A stretch of DNA of 64,000 nt. Origin: Hyaloraphidium curvatum SAG 235-1. Taxonomy: Eukaryota; Fungi; Monoblepharomycota. The stretch is from assembly GCA_025558095.1 (NCBI GenBank), contig JAIVFI010000017.1, positions 124,001-188,000 of the forward strand. The letters are read 5' to 3'. Positions within the stretch are counted from its first letter, which is position 1. Every line of letters starts with the position of its first letter. The position numbers and the translations under genes were made by a program. The notes beneath the pieces were generated by a model, which worked only from the letters and a program-made list of their open reading frames with translations, was not told the DNA's origin and ran no database searches. Of the stretch, positions 49,738-61,433 are shown piece after piece.

Positions 49738-52700
49738 TCATGCCCAGCGGGTCGAGGGCTCGGCCATCAACCGGAAGCTCAGGGTGCAGTACGGATCGAC
49801 CCATAGGCGGACGAGCACGCTGGCGACGTTCCGGCGAAGGATCTCGGCGCCGCCGCGCTGGCCGAGCGGATGGCCGCCTTCGAGGTTGTGCTCCAGCGTG
49901 ACCTTGTCCTTCTCGATCTGGAATTCGTATTCAAACTCGTAGTCCTGCCGATCGCCGAACGCTGCGCGAGGTCAGCTGCGAAGCGAAGAGCGGCGCGGGA
50001 TGGACCAACCTCCAAAGGGTCCCCATGAGCTCAGTTTGCCGCGGTACTCGAGCCCCGGTACCTTGACCTTCTGCGCATTCCTCGGCTGCGTTCCCGAAAC
50101 GTCGATCACGCGGATGTTTACAGTCTGCATCTTGACGTAATCCTTGACGTGCAGCGGCTTCACGGCGGCGGGCACCTTGGCGATGACGCAGCGCTGGCTC
50201 CTTGTGATACGCTCGACGCTCGCGGGATCAAAGAACTGGGCGATGGCTCCGGCGACGAGGTCCGCCTTGCCAAAGTACACCTTGACGACCGTCGGCAGGG
50301 ACCTCTTGATGCGATCGTACGGCGTGCGCGGCGGATTCCCGTTCCCGTTGGCAGCCGCCTCGGCCGCCGGCTTACCTTTTAACCACTCGGGGAACGCCGC
50401 GGTGCGCTCCGTCTCGAGCATCGCCTTGAGCCACATGACCGCGCTCGCGGCGGGTTCAAGGACGTCGGCCGGCAGCCCGAGCCGGCCGCGGCGGATCGTC
50501 ACCTCGGCCTTGCTAAGCGCGTGGTACGGAAAGCGGCCGTCGTCCACCTCGCGCGCAAACTCGGCCGACCGGTAGTACCGGTTGACGGCGTCCAGGTCCT
50601 GCCACAGCTCGCCCATCCTGGCCTGCAGCCTCGACACCGTCGCGTTGACCAGCGCCGACGCCGCGGGCCCGGGTATCCGCTTTGCCACCTCGCCCGGGTC
50701 GAACATCCACCGGTAAGATTCCACAAACTCGTCCAGCAGCTTGCGGCACGCCGCCGCGATCTCGTTGGGGACTTGGCCCATGCAACGCTCAAAGTCGACG
50801 TAGGCCACAGGCCCCTTGGCCGGCGCCATCTGCAGCAGCTTCTCCACGCCGGGCTCCAGCTCGTCCAGGAACCTCTTGCCCGAGCGGTACGCGTCCTCGC
50901 CCATGGCGATCCGCAGGCGCTGCGCCTCCTCCCTCGCGCGCTCGAGGATGGCCTGCACCGCGGTCCGATCCTGGTACAGGAACACGGGGAGCTCGTCCAC
51001 AACGGCGTCCAGCCGCACCGCGAGGTTCCAGAACTCGGAGAGCGCGTCCTGCCGCCCTGCCAGGGTCTTGACCACCGCATCCGACGCCTGCGGGGGTTCC
51101 GGCGCGGGGAAGACGGGTTGCATCGGCGGCGGCGGGGCTATCATCTGCGCCATTGGCTGTGCGGGGTATTGGAACGGCGGCGGAGCGGCGCCGGGGGCGA
51201 CAAAAGGCACCCCTGGTCCGGGGCCGTGGTGCGCGAAGCGATGCGGCATGCCGACGGCGTGGGCGGCGTCCTGCGTCGGCGAGACCAGCGTCCTGTTGGA
51301 GTCCGTCTGTTCCGGCGGCCTCTCGATCGGGGTGTTCAAGACGAAAGGCACCGTCGGGTACGGGGGAAGCGGCAGCGACTTGGAAGCCGTCGGCGTGGGG
51401 AGCTGCTGCGCATTCTGCTGGTTCAACGGCACCGGGTGCGGAGGTCCCACGATGATCGGCGGCGGCGCCGGGCCCGGCACGTAGTTCATGGGCACCGCGC
51501 CGGGCGGCATGGGCGGCCGCCCAAACGGCACGATGTGCACCGGCCCCTGCGGGAAGAGCGGCGGGTGCGGGCCCGGCGGCAGCGGTTGGGGCACCGGCTG
51601 CAGGTGCGCCTGCTGGAGGACCGCCTCGGCTTGGGGCGTCTCGGGCCGGGCCTGATCCGCTGCCGGCCGCCGGTCCGATCCCACCCTGCCACGACGTTCC
51701 GCCTCCTCTGCGCCCTCTTCGGGGCCCGTCCTGCGCGGCGGGCGGCTCGCGGATCGCACCGACGCCGGTGAACCCGCCCTGTCCCGGCCCGTACGAGGCT
51801 CCTCCCCCTCCTCCGCGTCCTCTGCGCCCCAAACGAACCCGCCGTCCTCGTGCCGCGGGGTCGAGGCCAGCGAGCTGACGGAGGCCGCCCGCGGGCGGGC
51901 GGGCGATCCCGGTACGGAATTCCCGCTGACCGACGGCGGGGCCCTCGGGGGCTCGGTCCGCGCACCCCAAGGGACGGGCGGCTCCTGCTCCGCCTCGGAA
52001 GCCTCCCCCGCGCCTTCCGCCTCGGGCTGCGCTTCCTCCTGCGCCTGCTCGCCCGCCCCCTGCGGCAGCTTCCTCCTCTTGGGCGCGGGCGCGGTCCCCG
52101 GCGCCTGCCCCCCGTCCTCGCTCCTTGCCCTCGCCCTCCCCTTGCCCTGCTTCCTCTTCCCCCCCGCGGGCTCCCACCGCGTCTGCCCCTCGGCCGACCC
52201 CGCCTTCCGCTCCCTGTCCGCCGCCTCCCTTGCCGCCGCCTCGGCCTCGAGCCGCGGCTCCATGCCGGCCCTCACCACGCGGGAGTAGCCGGGCTCGCCG
52301 GGGCGCAGGGCCGGGTCGTGCACGGTGATGCGCAGCGGGGGGGCGGCGGGGTCGCGGTTCCGGGGCCGGCGGAGCCTCTGCGTGACGGATGGAAACGAAA
52401 TCAGCGTCGTCGCGGGGGAACGAGGCGAACGCGGGAGCCCACCGCCACGAAGATGTTGTCCCTCGTGCCCAGAACCTCCTCCCCCGCGTCCGCCCTGCCC
52501 CTGATCTGCAATACCGCCCTGTACAGCAGGAATCCCCTCTTTTCCGGGAGCTCCCACTCGGCCACGGCCCCCGGCGCGCCCTGGGGCGCGGCGAACGGCA
52601 CGATCTCAAAGACAAAGGCATTGGGCTGCAAAGGGCGCGGGGCCTTGCCGTCCTTGGTGCGGACCCGCGACCACGGGACAAGCATGCCCTCGGAGCCGGT

Positions 52701-53248
52701 GTCGGGGAGGAGGAGGCGGATGAGGAGCCGGTCCGTAGGCTGGAACGGGGTCGAGATCAGAGATCTGCGGCGGTTGCGCGCGCCGGAGCCGAGCCCACCA
52801 GGGAAGCGGGGCACCGCATGACAAAGTGGACCTTCGACCTCGACGGGCTGCCGAACGACGTCCCGCCCCCGTAGACGAGCGTGGGCAGCGGCGCGTGCGT
52901 GTCCTGCCGCTCCTGCAGCTCGATGTAGTCGCACAGCCTCGCCGAGGGCAGCGACGCCGCGTCGCCCGACGCGAACGCGGCCTCGCGCATTTCCTGCGAG
53001 ATTTTGCAGGTGTTTTCGCAGCGCACCTCGGTGATCTCGTAGTCCCTGCCGGGAGCGTCGGCGGCTGTTTTGGTGCCGCCGGGGTCCGCCCCGGGGGAGC
53101 CGGACGGGGGTGCGGCGGCGGCGGAAGCCAGTGCCGCGGCTGATGCGAGCTGTGCGGGTGCGCCGGCGCCATTGCGGGCCGCGGGGGCGCCGGCGGGGGC
53201 GCCCGCCGGCGGAGCCGCTCCCGCGAAGGTCTCAATCGCGGGCGGCAA
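49738..53248 (-). CDS. large hypothetical protein with Pro/Glu-rich disordered centre (multi-exon)
   Basis: Long exon in ORF 49972-52557 with coding-like GC3 bias, joined by GT-AG introns to 52401-52934 and 52757-53248 frames and a last exon DYEFEYEF...RWA*. Confidence 0.6.
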
Positions 53249-53374
53249 GTCGGCGTCGCGGCGCCGGGCCTAGCCGACGCGCAGCGCTCTTTGATGCGCA
53301 AAAAGGAAGCAGGCCGCGAGCCCTTGTCGTTGGGGCCGGCTGATGCCCGTCGCTTGCGCAGTTTGCGAGTTGTG

Positions 53375-53615
53375 GGTTGGCAGGCCTTGCCGAATCGGGC
53401 TGTGGCGTCCTCTCAACTCTCTCGGGGTTGAGAACCGCGGAGTGTCACAGTTCGAACCGGCATTTGAGACTGTGGAGACTATGATGGCGATTCGACTTCG
53501 GCCCGCGCAGGAACGGGCCGAATTTCGACCGGACTCTGGCCTGGAGGGGACGGGTCGTTCTCCCTGTCCCCCGTCCCCCAGCAATGGCGGACTGCCGGGA
53601 GCACAACTGCCAATC
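53375..53615 (+). ncRNA. candidate structured non-coding RNA, family unassigned
   Basis: Four compatible helices found by eye with many G-U pairs on the + strand (see findings). Confidence 0.4.
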
Positions 53616-54307
53616 ATCCCTCTACTTATCAATGCATCGGTTGGCGGCTTCAGGTTGTTTGTTGGAGCATCGTCCTGCCCAATCTAACCCCGCCGGGTAG
53701 GTGCGATCGATGCGGACGGGCCTTCCAAGGCTGCGCCATCCAAAAACCTACCTCCGCCCCGGACGCAGGGCGCCTAGAATCCGAGCCCGCATTCTGCTGC
53801 TCGTCTTCGTCGAAAACGCAGCGCGAGATTGGGCCCTGTGGCGCTATACGTGCGAGCCCCGACCATTTGCTCAGCCAGGCAGCGGGGGGCCGCCGCCTGA
53901 AGCCTATTCGCTGCGGTCCGCCGCAGAGCATTTTCCGGCGGACACTCCGGACGAGCCCCTCCGAGCGAGCGGCGCCGGTCTCGCGCGGATCTCGCAGCCG
54001 CGGCGCCGCGACCCCCGGGGCTCCCTCGGCCCGGGCGGGCGCGCACGGGAAGGCGCCGCGCACTCCGCCACACCCGTTGGACGGCGCCCCTCGGCGGCCC
54101 CCACGGCGCGCGCGGCCCACGCCGGGCTCCGCAGCCCCCGCACGCCCTCGCGAGCCGTGCGGAACGCCGTTGCCCGCTGATCCCGGCGCGGCGCGGCACG
54201 GGGACACGCAGGTGCCCATCCAGTCACACCAAGGACACGGCCGCCGGCCACCCGCTGCACGGACCTCCCGCACTCCTCCCGCCCCCTGATCGGACGCTGA
54301 TCGAAAA

Positions 54308-56229
54308 ATGGGGCGCACGGCAGGCACGGCCCGCCGCCGGCCGGCCCTCGCCGCCCTCGCCCTGCTCGCCCTCGCCGCCGTCCCCCGCGCCGCTGGCCTG
54401 GCCATCGGCATCTCCATCGACGTCGTCCGCATCGACTCGCTCTTCGTCCCGCCCGACGACTCCATGCCCGCGCCACTGCCTGGCGACCTGCAGGCGCTGC
54501 CGCAGGACAACTCGACCTTCGTCTACGAGGACGGCGGCGTGCGCGGCGTGCCGGGCAGCTGGACCGTGCTCAAGCAGTACATCGCGCAGAACGAGACCAT
54601 CAGGGTGGTGCCCGGCACGGGCACGGACGTCGTGCCGCACCAGGGGATCAAGGTTCGGTGCCGCAGGGGTGGCTTTCCGCGCAATCTCACGCGTGTCTCC
54701 CTCTCCCTTTCCTCCCCCTAACCCCTGCCCCACCCACACCACGTCTCTCCCACACCCGTTCCCGCACCCCAGGGCCAGCTCATCGACTTTGGTAACCTCT
54801 GCTCGCTCCCCAACATGACCTTCCCCTCGCCGCTCGGCTTCCCGTACATCGGCGTGGTCTACCACCTCGACGAGACCACCTTTTCCACGCAGCCGCCGCG
54901 CACCGAATTCTGCACCCTCGAGCGCAAGCTCGAGATGCTCCGCGCCGCCCTCGCCCTCTCCTCCAACGTGGCGACAAACACCAACTCGACCCGCGGCCTC
55001 GTCGCCGCCATCTTCGTCTCGCCCCTCGTGGCGGACGCCAACGGCACGCAGTCGCTCTACGTCCCGCCCGGCTTTGCCGAGGCGTGGAAGTCGGTCGGTC
55101 TGCTCGGCTGGGTCATGGAGGAGCGCTCGGGGCTGGCGCTAGTCGACCTGATCGCGCGCAACACGCGGTTCCCCGTCAAGCCCGCGGCGGACGGCAGCGC
55201 CGCGCCGGCACCGTCGAGGCGGCACTTCCGCCCGACGGGCACGCTGCACAGGCGCGACGACTCACCCCAGGCGGTCCTGGGCACCGTCTTTGGCCCCAAC
55301 TCGCCCGTCTACCAGCTGTCGCCGTCGGGGACCATGTACAGCCCGTACAGGCAGCCGTTCCTGATCAGTCTGGTGGTCGTGCTCGTCGTGCTGGTCGTGG
55401 GGCTGGGCTACTTTTTCTGGCGCGGAGCCAGGCGCGGGGTGCGTTTGCCGGGAACGAGCTGCAAGCGCACTGCTGACGCATCACTTCCCTCCCGCAGTAC
55501 TGGACCACGGCCCGCAACAGCCGCAACATGGTGCAGCTCACCATGATTCCCGCCAAGTCCAACGACACCCTGCGCGAGGAGGAGCTCTCGGAGCTCCCCA
55601 CGCGCGTCTTCTCCCCCAAGTCGGGCAAGCCCCCCGTCCCCCGCCGCGCCTCCGCACCCGACGCGCGGCTCCCCCCCGCCCTCTCCTCCGCCACCCTCTC
55701 CGACCCCACGGACCCCACCGCCGGGCCGGACCCGCGCCCCTCCCTCTCCCCCTCGGCCCGCCCCTCCCTCTCCTCCCGCCGCGCCCCCTCCCCCGCCCCC
55801 ACCGTGGGCACGCTCAACGTCCCCTCGTGCCCCATCTGCCTCGAGCCCTTCGAGGACGGCGACGAGCTCCGCACGCTGCGGTGCGGGCACGAGCTGCACA
55901 CGAGCTGCGTGGACCCGTGGCTCCTCGGCCGCTCGGGACGGTGCCCGGTGTGCAGGGGGGACAACAGGAACCCGGACGCCGCGCCGCCCCCCGAGGCGCC
56001 CGAGGTCGCCGAGCCGCCGGCCGCGGTTCAGGCGCCGGTGCCGGCGCCACAGGGCCGCAGGGGCCTGGGGGCGGTGTGGGCGGCGATCGAGGCCGAGGCC
56101 GAGTGGGTGCGGCGGAGCGCGAGGGTGCACCGGGAGAGGAGGCAGAGGGAGCGGGAGGCGGAAAATGCGGGCGGCGAGGCGCCGCAGAGGGAGGAGGCGG
56201 CGGTGCCAGCGGGCGAGGCGCAGGCGTAG
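54308..56229 (+). CDS. signal peptide-lumenal domain-TM-RING-H2 E3 ubiquitin ligase (3 exons)
   Basis: Hydrophobic signal, [54 protein letters not shown]...CPVC. Confidence 0.88.
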
Positions 56230-56310
56230 TGCGGTATGCATAGGAATAATGGCAGTTCTTCTATCCGCGACGTTCCGTGCGACAGCTACTACCGCCCCCC
56301 GCCCCCGCCA

Positions 56311-57720
56311 TCACCGCCCCTCCTTCTCCCCGCGGACGAGGTGCGCGATCCCGTCCCCGTTCTCCGCGTGCCGCCCGCCGCCGATCAGGTCCCCGATGTC
56401 CTTTGCGCCCGGCGAGGGCGAGGCCACGGGGAGCACGGGCGCGGGGGGATGCGACTGCGCGGATTTGGCGCGGGTGTAGATGATGCCCGCCAAAAACGCT
56501 GCGGAACAGGGTGAGCGGGAGGAAGCGCGCGGCAGCAAAGGGCAGGACCCACCGAGCCCGACGCCGAGCACGCTCCCCGGCGTCACGGGGTCGCCAAACA
56601 CCACCATCCCCGCCACCGCGATGGGCAGCTTGTTCAGCGCGCCCGCCATCGAAAACGTGGTGGACGATGTCATCCTCACGCACCACGAGGAGCAGTACGA
56701 GATGGCGAAGCCCGACGCCGACGAGACGGCGATGGCCCAGCCGAGGCCGGCGAGGGAGATGGAGGAGGGGTCGAGGACGGTGAAGCGGCCGGTGCGCCAC
56801 TGCTCGGATTCGAGGAGGAGGGAGGCGGCGAAGAGGAGGGGGGTGGCGAGGAGGTTGTTGTAGAAGACCGTGTCGAACTCCTTGAACTTGACTTGCTGCA
56901 GGGCGGGGCAAAAAGTCAGACCAGTTCTGCGGGATCGGCGGGAGAGGATGGCCACCTTCATGGCACCGCGCATCCCAACGGCGTAGGCGGCGGCCGTGAG
57001 GCAGTTCATGAACATCCAGAAGTAGGCGGTCCCCTTGCCCACGCCGAACGCGTCCTTCTTGAGGCCGCCGGTCCCGGAGGTCAAGTCTGCCCAGCCGGCG
57101 ATGATCGAGCTGAGGATCATGAGCCCGAAGCTGAGCAGGATCTCGCCCGTCACGGGCGCGCCGTTGAGGAAGAACCGCTCGGCGTAGGCGATCGCGATGA
57201 TGGTCGTGTTCTTGAACACGGTAAAGATGGAGATGGAGAGGTACTGCAGCGCCTTGGAGCCCGTGTAGATCATCAGGGCCAGCAGCACCGAGACGGGGAA
57301 CCACGCCCGCGCCTCTGCGACGCGGAAGGGCCTGTGCTGCAGGTGGCCCAACCAGTGGAACAGCTCCAGCAGGGCGACGACCGACAGGCACTGCACGGCC
57401 AGCAGCAAAAAGTTCATGGTGAAGCCGAAGCCCGAGAGCACGAACTTGTTTGTCAGGGTCATGAGGATGGAGGCGCCGCAGTAGGCCAGCACCGGCACCG
57501 CGGAGGCCCAGTTGACCCGGCTCGTCAGCACCGAGATGCGGGCCGCCATGTCTGCGAACGGCCCGCCCGCGATCGCGATCCCGGCCGCGGCGGCGGGCAG
57601 CAGCGGGTGGCCGTGGTCGGGCTCCTCGGGCGGCGGGGTCGCCGCGCCGGCCGCCGTTCCCGCGCGGTGCACCGGCGGCTCGAGCGCGCTGACGATTGGC
57701 GAGGGCGGCTCGCGGCTCAT
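56311..57720 (-). CDS. VRG4: Golgi GDP-mannose transporter (multi-exon)
   Basis: YCGASILMTLTNKFVLS, IYTGSKALQYLS, FTVFKN, DTVFYNNLL, SSTTFSMAGALNKLP. Confidence 0.95.
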   Translation of the reverse strand: MSREPPSPIVSALEPPVHRAGTAAGAATPPPEEPDHGHPLLPAAAAGIAIAGGPFADMAARISVLTSRVNWASAVPVLAYCGASILMTLTNKFVLSGFGFTMNFLLLAVQCLSVVALLELFHWLGHLQHRPFRVAEARAWFPVSVLLALMIYTGSKALQYLSISIFTVFKNTTIIAIAYAERFFLNGAPVTGEILLSFGLMILSSIIAGWADLTSGTGGLKKDAFGVGKGTAYFWMFMNCLTAAAYAVGMRGAMKVAILSRRSRRTGLTFCPALQQVKFKEFDTVFYNNLLATPLLFAASLLLESEQWRTGRFTVLDPSSISLAGLGWAIAVSSASGFAISYCSSWCVRMTSSTTFSMAGALNKLPIAVAGMVVFGDPVTPGSVLGVGLGGSCPLLPRASSRSPCSAAFLAGIIYTRAKSAQSHPPAPVLPVASPSPGAKDIGDLIGGGRHAENGDGIAHLVRGEKEGR

Positions 57721-57878
57721 CGGGCGCCCATGCCGGGGATCCGGTCCGGCGAAAGGGCCGACGCTATGTCGTTCTGCGCTGGCTGCTGGCTGCGGCTCGC
57801 GTCCGATCACCGCCCGCACTCCCGCACGCAGTAGCAGCCCGAATCGCGGCCATCGTGCCCCGGAGTGCTCGGGAAGAG

Positions 57879-59406
57879 ATGGCCAGAGACCCTTTCAAGC
57901 TGATCGAGGAGTGGAATGCCGGTCCGTGGCCGCCTACCCCCTCCGAACGTGGACCCCCTCTGAACGCTCATCTCCGCGTTCCTACTCCGTGTTCCCACTG
58001 ACCGCTCGGCGCATTGATCAGACCTCTCGAAGGACGGCAAGGCCGAAAAGTACGATGCGATCTCGGACAACCCGTTCCGATTCTACCGCGGGACGAACCA
58101 CCTGTACTGGGTCGACAACGTCGCCGATCCCCGCCTGGACAAGTTCGGCGGCACCGTCGACACGGCCTGCTTCCTCGTCGGCGATTGCCATCCCGAGAAC
58201 TGGGGGACGTACCTGAACGCCGACAAGGAGGTGTTTTACGGGGCCAACGATTTCGACGATTCGGTCGTGGCCGATTACCAGCTCGACGTGCTGAGGATGG
58301 CCTCGGGATTGGTCCTCTCGTGCCACGTGAACTTCCCGGACGTGTACGGCCCGACATCGGCCGCCGCGGACGGCACAGTCCGCGAGAACGTGGCCGCCGC
58401 CGCCGTCGACCCGTTCCTCACTTCCTACGCTTCGGAGATCCTCCGCCTCGCGTCCGAGAAACCGGACCCGGATCTGGTTCCTGATTTTGATCGTTCCGAG
58501 GCCAAGGGCCCCATCGCCGATGTCCTCGCCAAGATCGCCAAGAAGAAGCCCAACTCCCACCTCACCAAGGCCACGGTGCACCACAACCCCGGCAAACCGA
58601 ACGAGCATCTGGACTTCGACTACGCGGGCCAATATGCCAAGTACCAACCCCTGGAGGACGACGACCGCGAGCGGATCCACGAGGGTCTGGTCGCCTCGTA
58701 CCGGAGGGACATCCACGGGGCGGACGAGCCCTCCGCCGAGGAGTGGATGCGGATCCGGGCGATCGGGAAGCGCGTGGGCGCGGGAACGGGGAGCCTGGGT
58801 ATGGAGCGTTACGTGGTTTTGGTGCAGGGGAGGGGGGCCGACGAGGGCCTGGCGCGGATACTTGACTGCAAGGTTCGTCGGCCGATGGTGTTGCACCGAT
58901 CGTTCCGCTGATGCCCGCGGGAGCAGACGCAACCCCTCCCGCAGCCGGCGCTCTTCCTCCCCGCCGACAAGCGCGCCGAGTACGACGCCCGCTGGGGAAC
59001 CAACCACGCCTTCCGCATGGTCTGGGCCGCCCGCGCGCTCGGAATCAAGCCCGATAAACACCTGGGCTGGTTTTGGGCGCCCAATCCGTCCGGCGGACCC
59101 GAACTGAGCTACTCGGTGCGCGAGGTGACGGCGTACAAGGGCCGCCTCGAGGCCGAGGACCTCGCCGGGGAAGGCATGCGGAGCGCGGCGGGGCAGTGGG
59201 GCGTGCTGCTGGCGCGGAGCCACTACAGGACCAAGGGGAAGAACGTCGGGCCGCGGGGAGCCGAGGACGTGGCGGCGGGGATCGCGGCGAGGATCGGGGG
59301 GAAGGAGAAGGAGTTCGTGGAGCACCTGGGGGCCTGGGGGTTCGAGTACGCGGGGCGCGTGATCAGGGACTACGAGGAGTTCAAGGCGAACGTCGCCAGA
59401 AAGTGA
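57879..59406 (+). CDS. DUF2252 family kinase-like protein (2 introns)
   Basis: NPFRFYRGT, GDCHPENWG, NDFDDS, DVLRMASGL, KRVGAGTGSLGMERYVVLV, LLARSH. Confidence 0.88.
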
Positions 59407-59443
59407 TTCCGTATGTGTCTTCGGTCCAATGTATATTGCCGAA

Positions 59444-60391
59444 TCACCCTTCTCCGCGCCCAACCACCAGCCCCAACCTCTGCAGCTCTGAGGCGCCCAG
59501 CCCGGGACCGGTCAAAGTCTTCAGCACAGTCCCCGACGAATCCGCGTAGTGGATCACCTCTTCCGGCTCAAGGATCCCTAGCGCGAAACCCAACCTCACC
59601 ACCACTCCCAGCGCCGGGCGCTCGGGAACGTCCCCGCGGACGTAGATCCCGGCCTGCTCGTCGGCTTCGACGTCCAAGTGAACGACGTCAGACATCCTCC
59701 GGTAGAGAGTCGCCAGCTCGGACGCCACGGACCGGGCGCAGCGGGCAGCGGTGTCGGGCGTTTCGAGGGTGGCCAAAAGCCCCGTCCCGAGTTCCGTCAG
59801 AGCATGGCCCTCGCCTTTCGAGGCAATGAGCATGGGAAGAACCGACCGACGGTAGCGCTGCGTCATGGAGCTGTGCTGCGCGACGCCGGCCTTGGATGAC
59901 ACGCCCCAGACGATGCGCTCGAACAGGGCGCGGTTGCTCAGCACGGCGACCTTCCTCGACAGCAGCGTGACCATCTTCTCATGCTCGAGGACCGTCTTGG
60001 CTTCCCTGGCCTCGTACTTTTCGATCAAGTCGTCCCTTTGGATCCGAGCTGCAGCCCTGGCGTCCTCCGCGGCGCGTTCGGCGCTCAGCCGCAGCGCGTA
60101 CTGGGCCGCCAGCTCCTTGAGCTCCAGCACGCAGGCCCAGCGGAGGCGCTCGGGGTCACTCTCAACACCCCGCACGCAGTCTTCGATAACATCCCTCGCC
60201 GGCGGTGTCGAGCCGAACAGCGCGCGGATCACGTCCGCGTCCGATGGCGGGAAGTTTGCGGGCCCGCCGGGGGCGGTCGAGAACGCCGCGGCGTGCGCGC
60301 GGCTCGGCGCGACGGGCGAAAGGGGCAGGGGAAGCGAAAACAGGCGCGGACGCGTCCAGGAGACCGCGAGGAGCCGCGGCAGGCGGGACAT
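59444..60391 (-). CDS. hypothetical protein with mitochondrial-type presequence and coiled coil
   Basis: 315-aa intronless ORF; Arg/Leu/Ser-rich N-terminus ending AAAFST. Confidence 0.6.
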   Translation of the reverse strand: MSRLPRLLAVSWTRPRLFSLPLPLSPVAPSRAHAAAFSTAPGGPANFPPSDADVIRALFGSTPPARDVIEDCVRGVESDPERLRWACVLELKELAAQYALRLSAERAAEDARAAARIQRDDLIEKYEAREAKTVLEHEKMVTLLSRKVAVLSNRALFERIVWGVSSKAGVAQHSSMTQRYRRSVLPMLIASKGEGHALTELGTGLLATLETPDTAARCARSVASELATLYRRMSDVVHLDVEADEQAGIYVRGDVPERPALGVVVRLGFALGILEPEEVIHYADSSGTVLKTLTGPGLGASELQRLGLVVGRGEG

Positions 60392-60469
60392 GCTCGGGAG
60401 CTGTGGAGGGTGACAGGCATGGGTGACATGGCCCCCTCACTACTCCGAAACTCCCCTCCCCCTTCCATC

Positions 60470-61276
60470 ATGGGCGGGCCAGCACACGGACTGCCGGTCG
60501 CTGAGCGATGGTTCACGTCGGAAACCGTCGCTCCCGGCATCATCTGCATCACGGAGCCGTATTGCGATGACCTCGTCCGCGCAAACTGCCACCTCGTCCT
60601 CGGCCGCGACGCGAACCTGCTCGTGGACACGGGGATGGGTGTCTCAAGCATGAGGGCAGCAGTGCCAGAGCTCGCCAGCAAGCCGCTGATTATCGTTACG
60701 ACGCACACGCACATCGACCACGCGGCCGGGCATGCCGAGTTCACGAGCTCCGGCTTGAGGGTTGAAGTGCTGGTTCACAAAATGGAGGCCGACATGCTGC
60801 TCCACCCGTTCCCGGCAAAGGGCCTGGGCTTCGATCAGTTCGGGGAACAGAAGGAGGTCCTGCGGGCTGCCGGATTCGCGGTGGACAAGCTGCTGGTCGA
60901 CGCCGTGCCGTCCGCAGACTACGACCCGGATTCCTACGAGTACAAGGGCGTCGCCGCGACGCGGACGGTAGATGAAGGTGACGTAGTCGACCTCGGTGAC
61001 AGGCAGTTCACCGTCCTGCACCTCCCGGGCCATTCTCCGGGCAGCATCGGTCTCTGGGAGGCCGAAACGGGGATCCTGTTCTCTGGGGACGCCATCTACG
61101 ACGGGCAGCTGATCGACGACATTGACAACTGCAGCGTGCCGGACTACCTGCGGACGATGGCAAGGCTGCGAGAGCTGCCCGTCGAGAGGGTCTTTGGGGG
61201 CCACTGCCAGAGCTTTGGCCGCACGAGGATGATGGAGATCATCGACGCTTATGTCGCGAGCCGTCGACCGAATTAG
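60470..61276 (+). CDS. metallo-beta-lactamase fold hydrolase (MBLAC2-like), intronless
   Basis: LLVDTGMG, THTHIDHAAG, LPGHSPGSI, LFSGDAIYD, VFGGH; alternative ATGs at 60419/60428. Confidence 0.92.
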   Translation: MGGPAHGLPVAERWFTSETVAPGIICITEPYCDDLVRANCHLVLGRDANLLVDTGMGVSSMRAAVPELASKPLIIVTTHTHIDHAAGHAEFTSSGLRVEVLVHKMEADMLLHPFPAKGLGFDQFGEQKEVLRAAGFAVDKLLVDAVPSADYDPDSYEYKGVAATRTVDEGDVVDLGDRQFTVLHLPGHSPGSIGLWEAETGILFSGDAIYDGQLIDDIDNCSVPDYLRTMARLRELPVERVFGGHCQSFGRTRMMEIIDAYVASRRPN

Positions 61277-61321
61277 AGTCAGTATGCGTTCGCGCACCGA
61301 TGTAGTGTCACAGTGGTGCCA
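61276..61321 (+). repeat. 46-bp dispersed repeat, copy C
   Basis: GAGTCAGTATGCGTTCGCGCACCGATGTAGTGTCACAGTGGTGCCA, matching 1036-1081 and revcomp of 279-324. Confidence 0.85.
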
Positions 61322-61433
61322 TCTGTCCAGGAATGAAGTTTGTAGGGAGTTTTGGGGGATGAGCTGACTCGTCGTCCCCCATGGGGGATCGATTTCAAGG
61401 ACAGTCGCCGTTCTCATCGCGACTCTGCCCGAA

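Noticed and set aside
53683-53691. CTAACCC as a telomerase RNA template
   Set aside because: Too short (less than 1.5 repeats) and lies 3' of the structured region, with no pseudoknot evident
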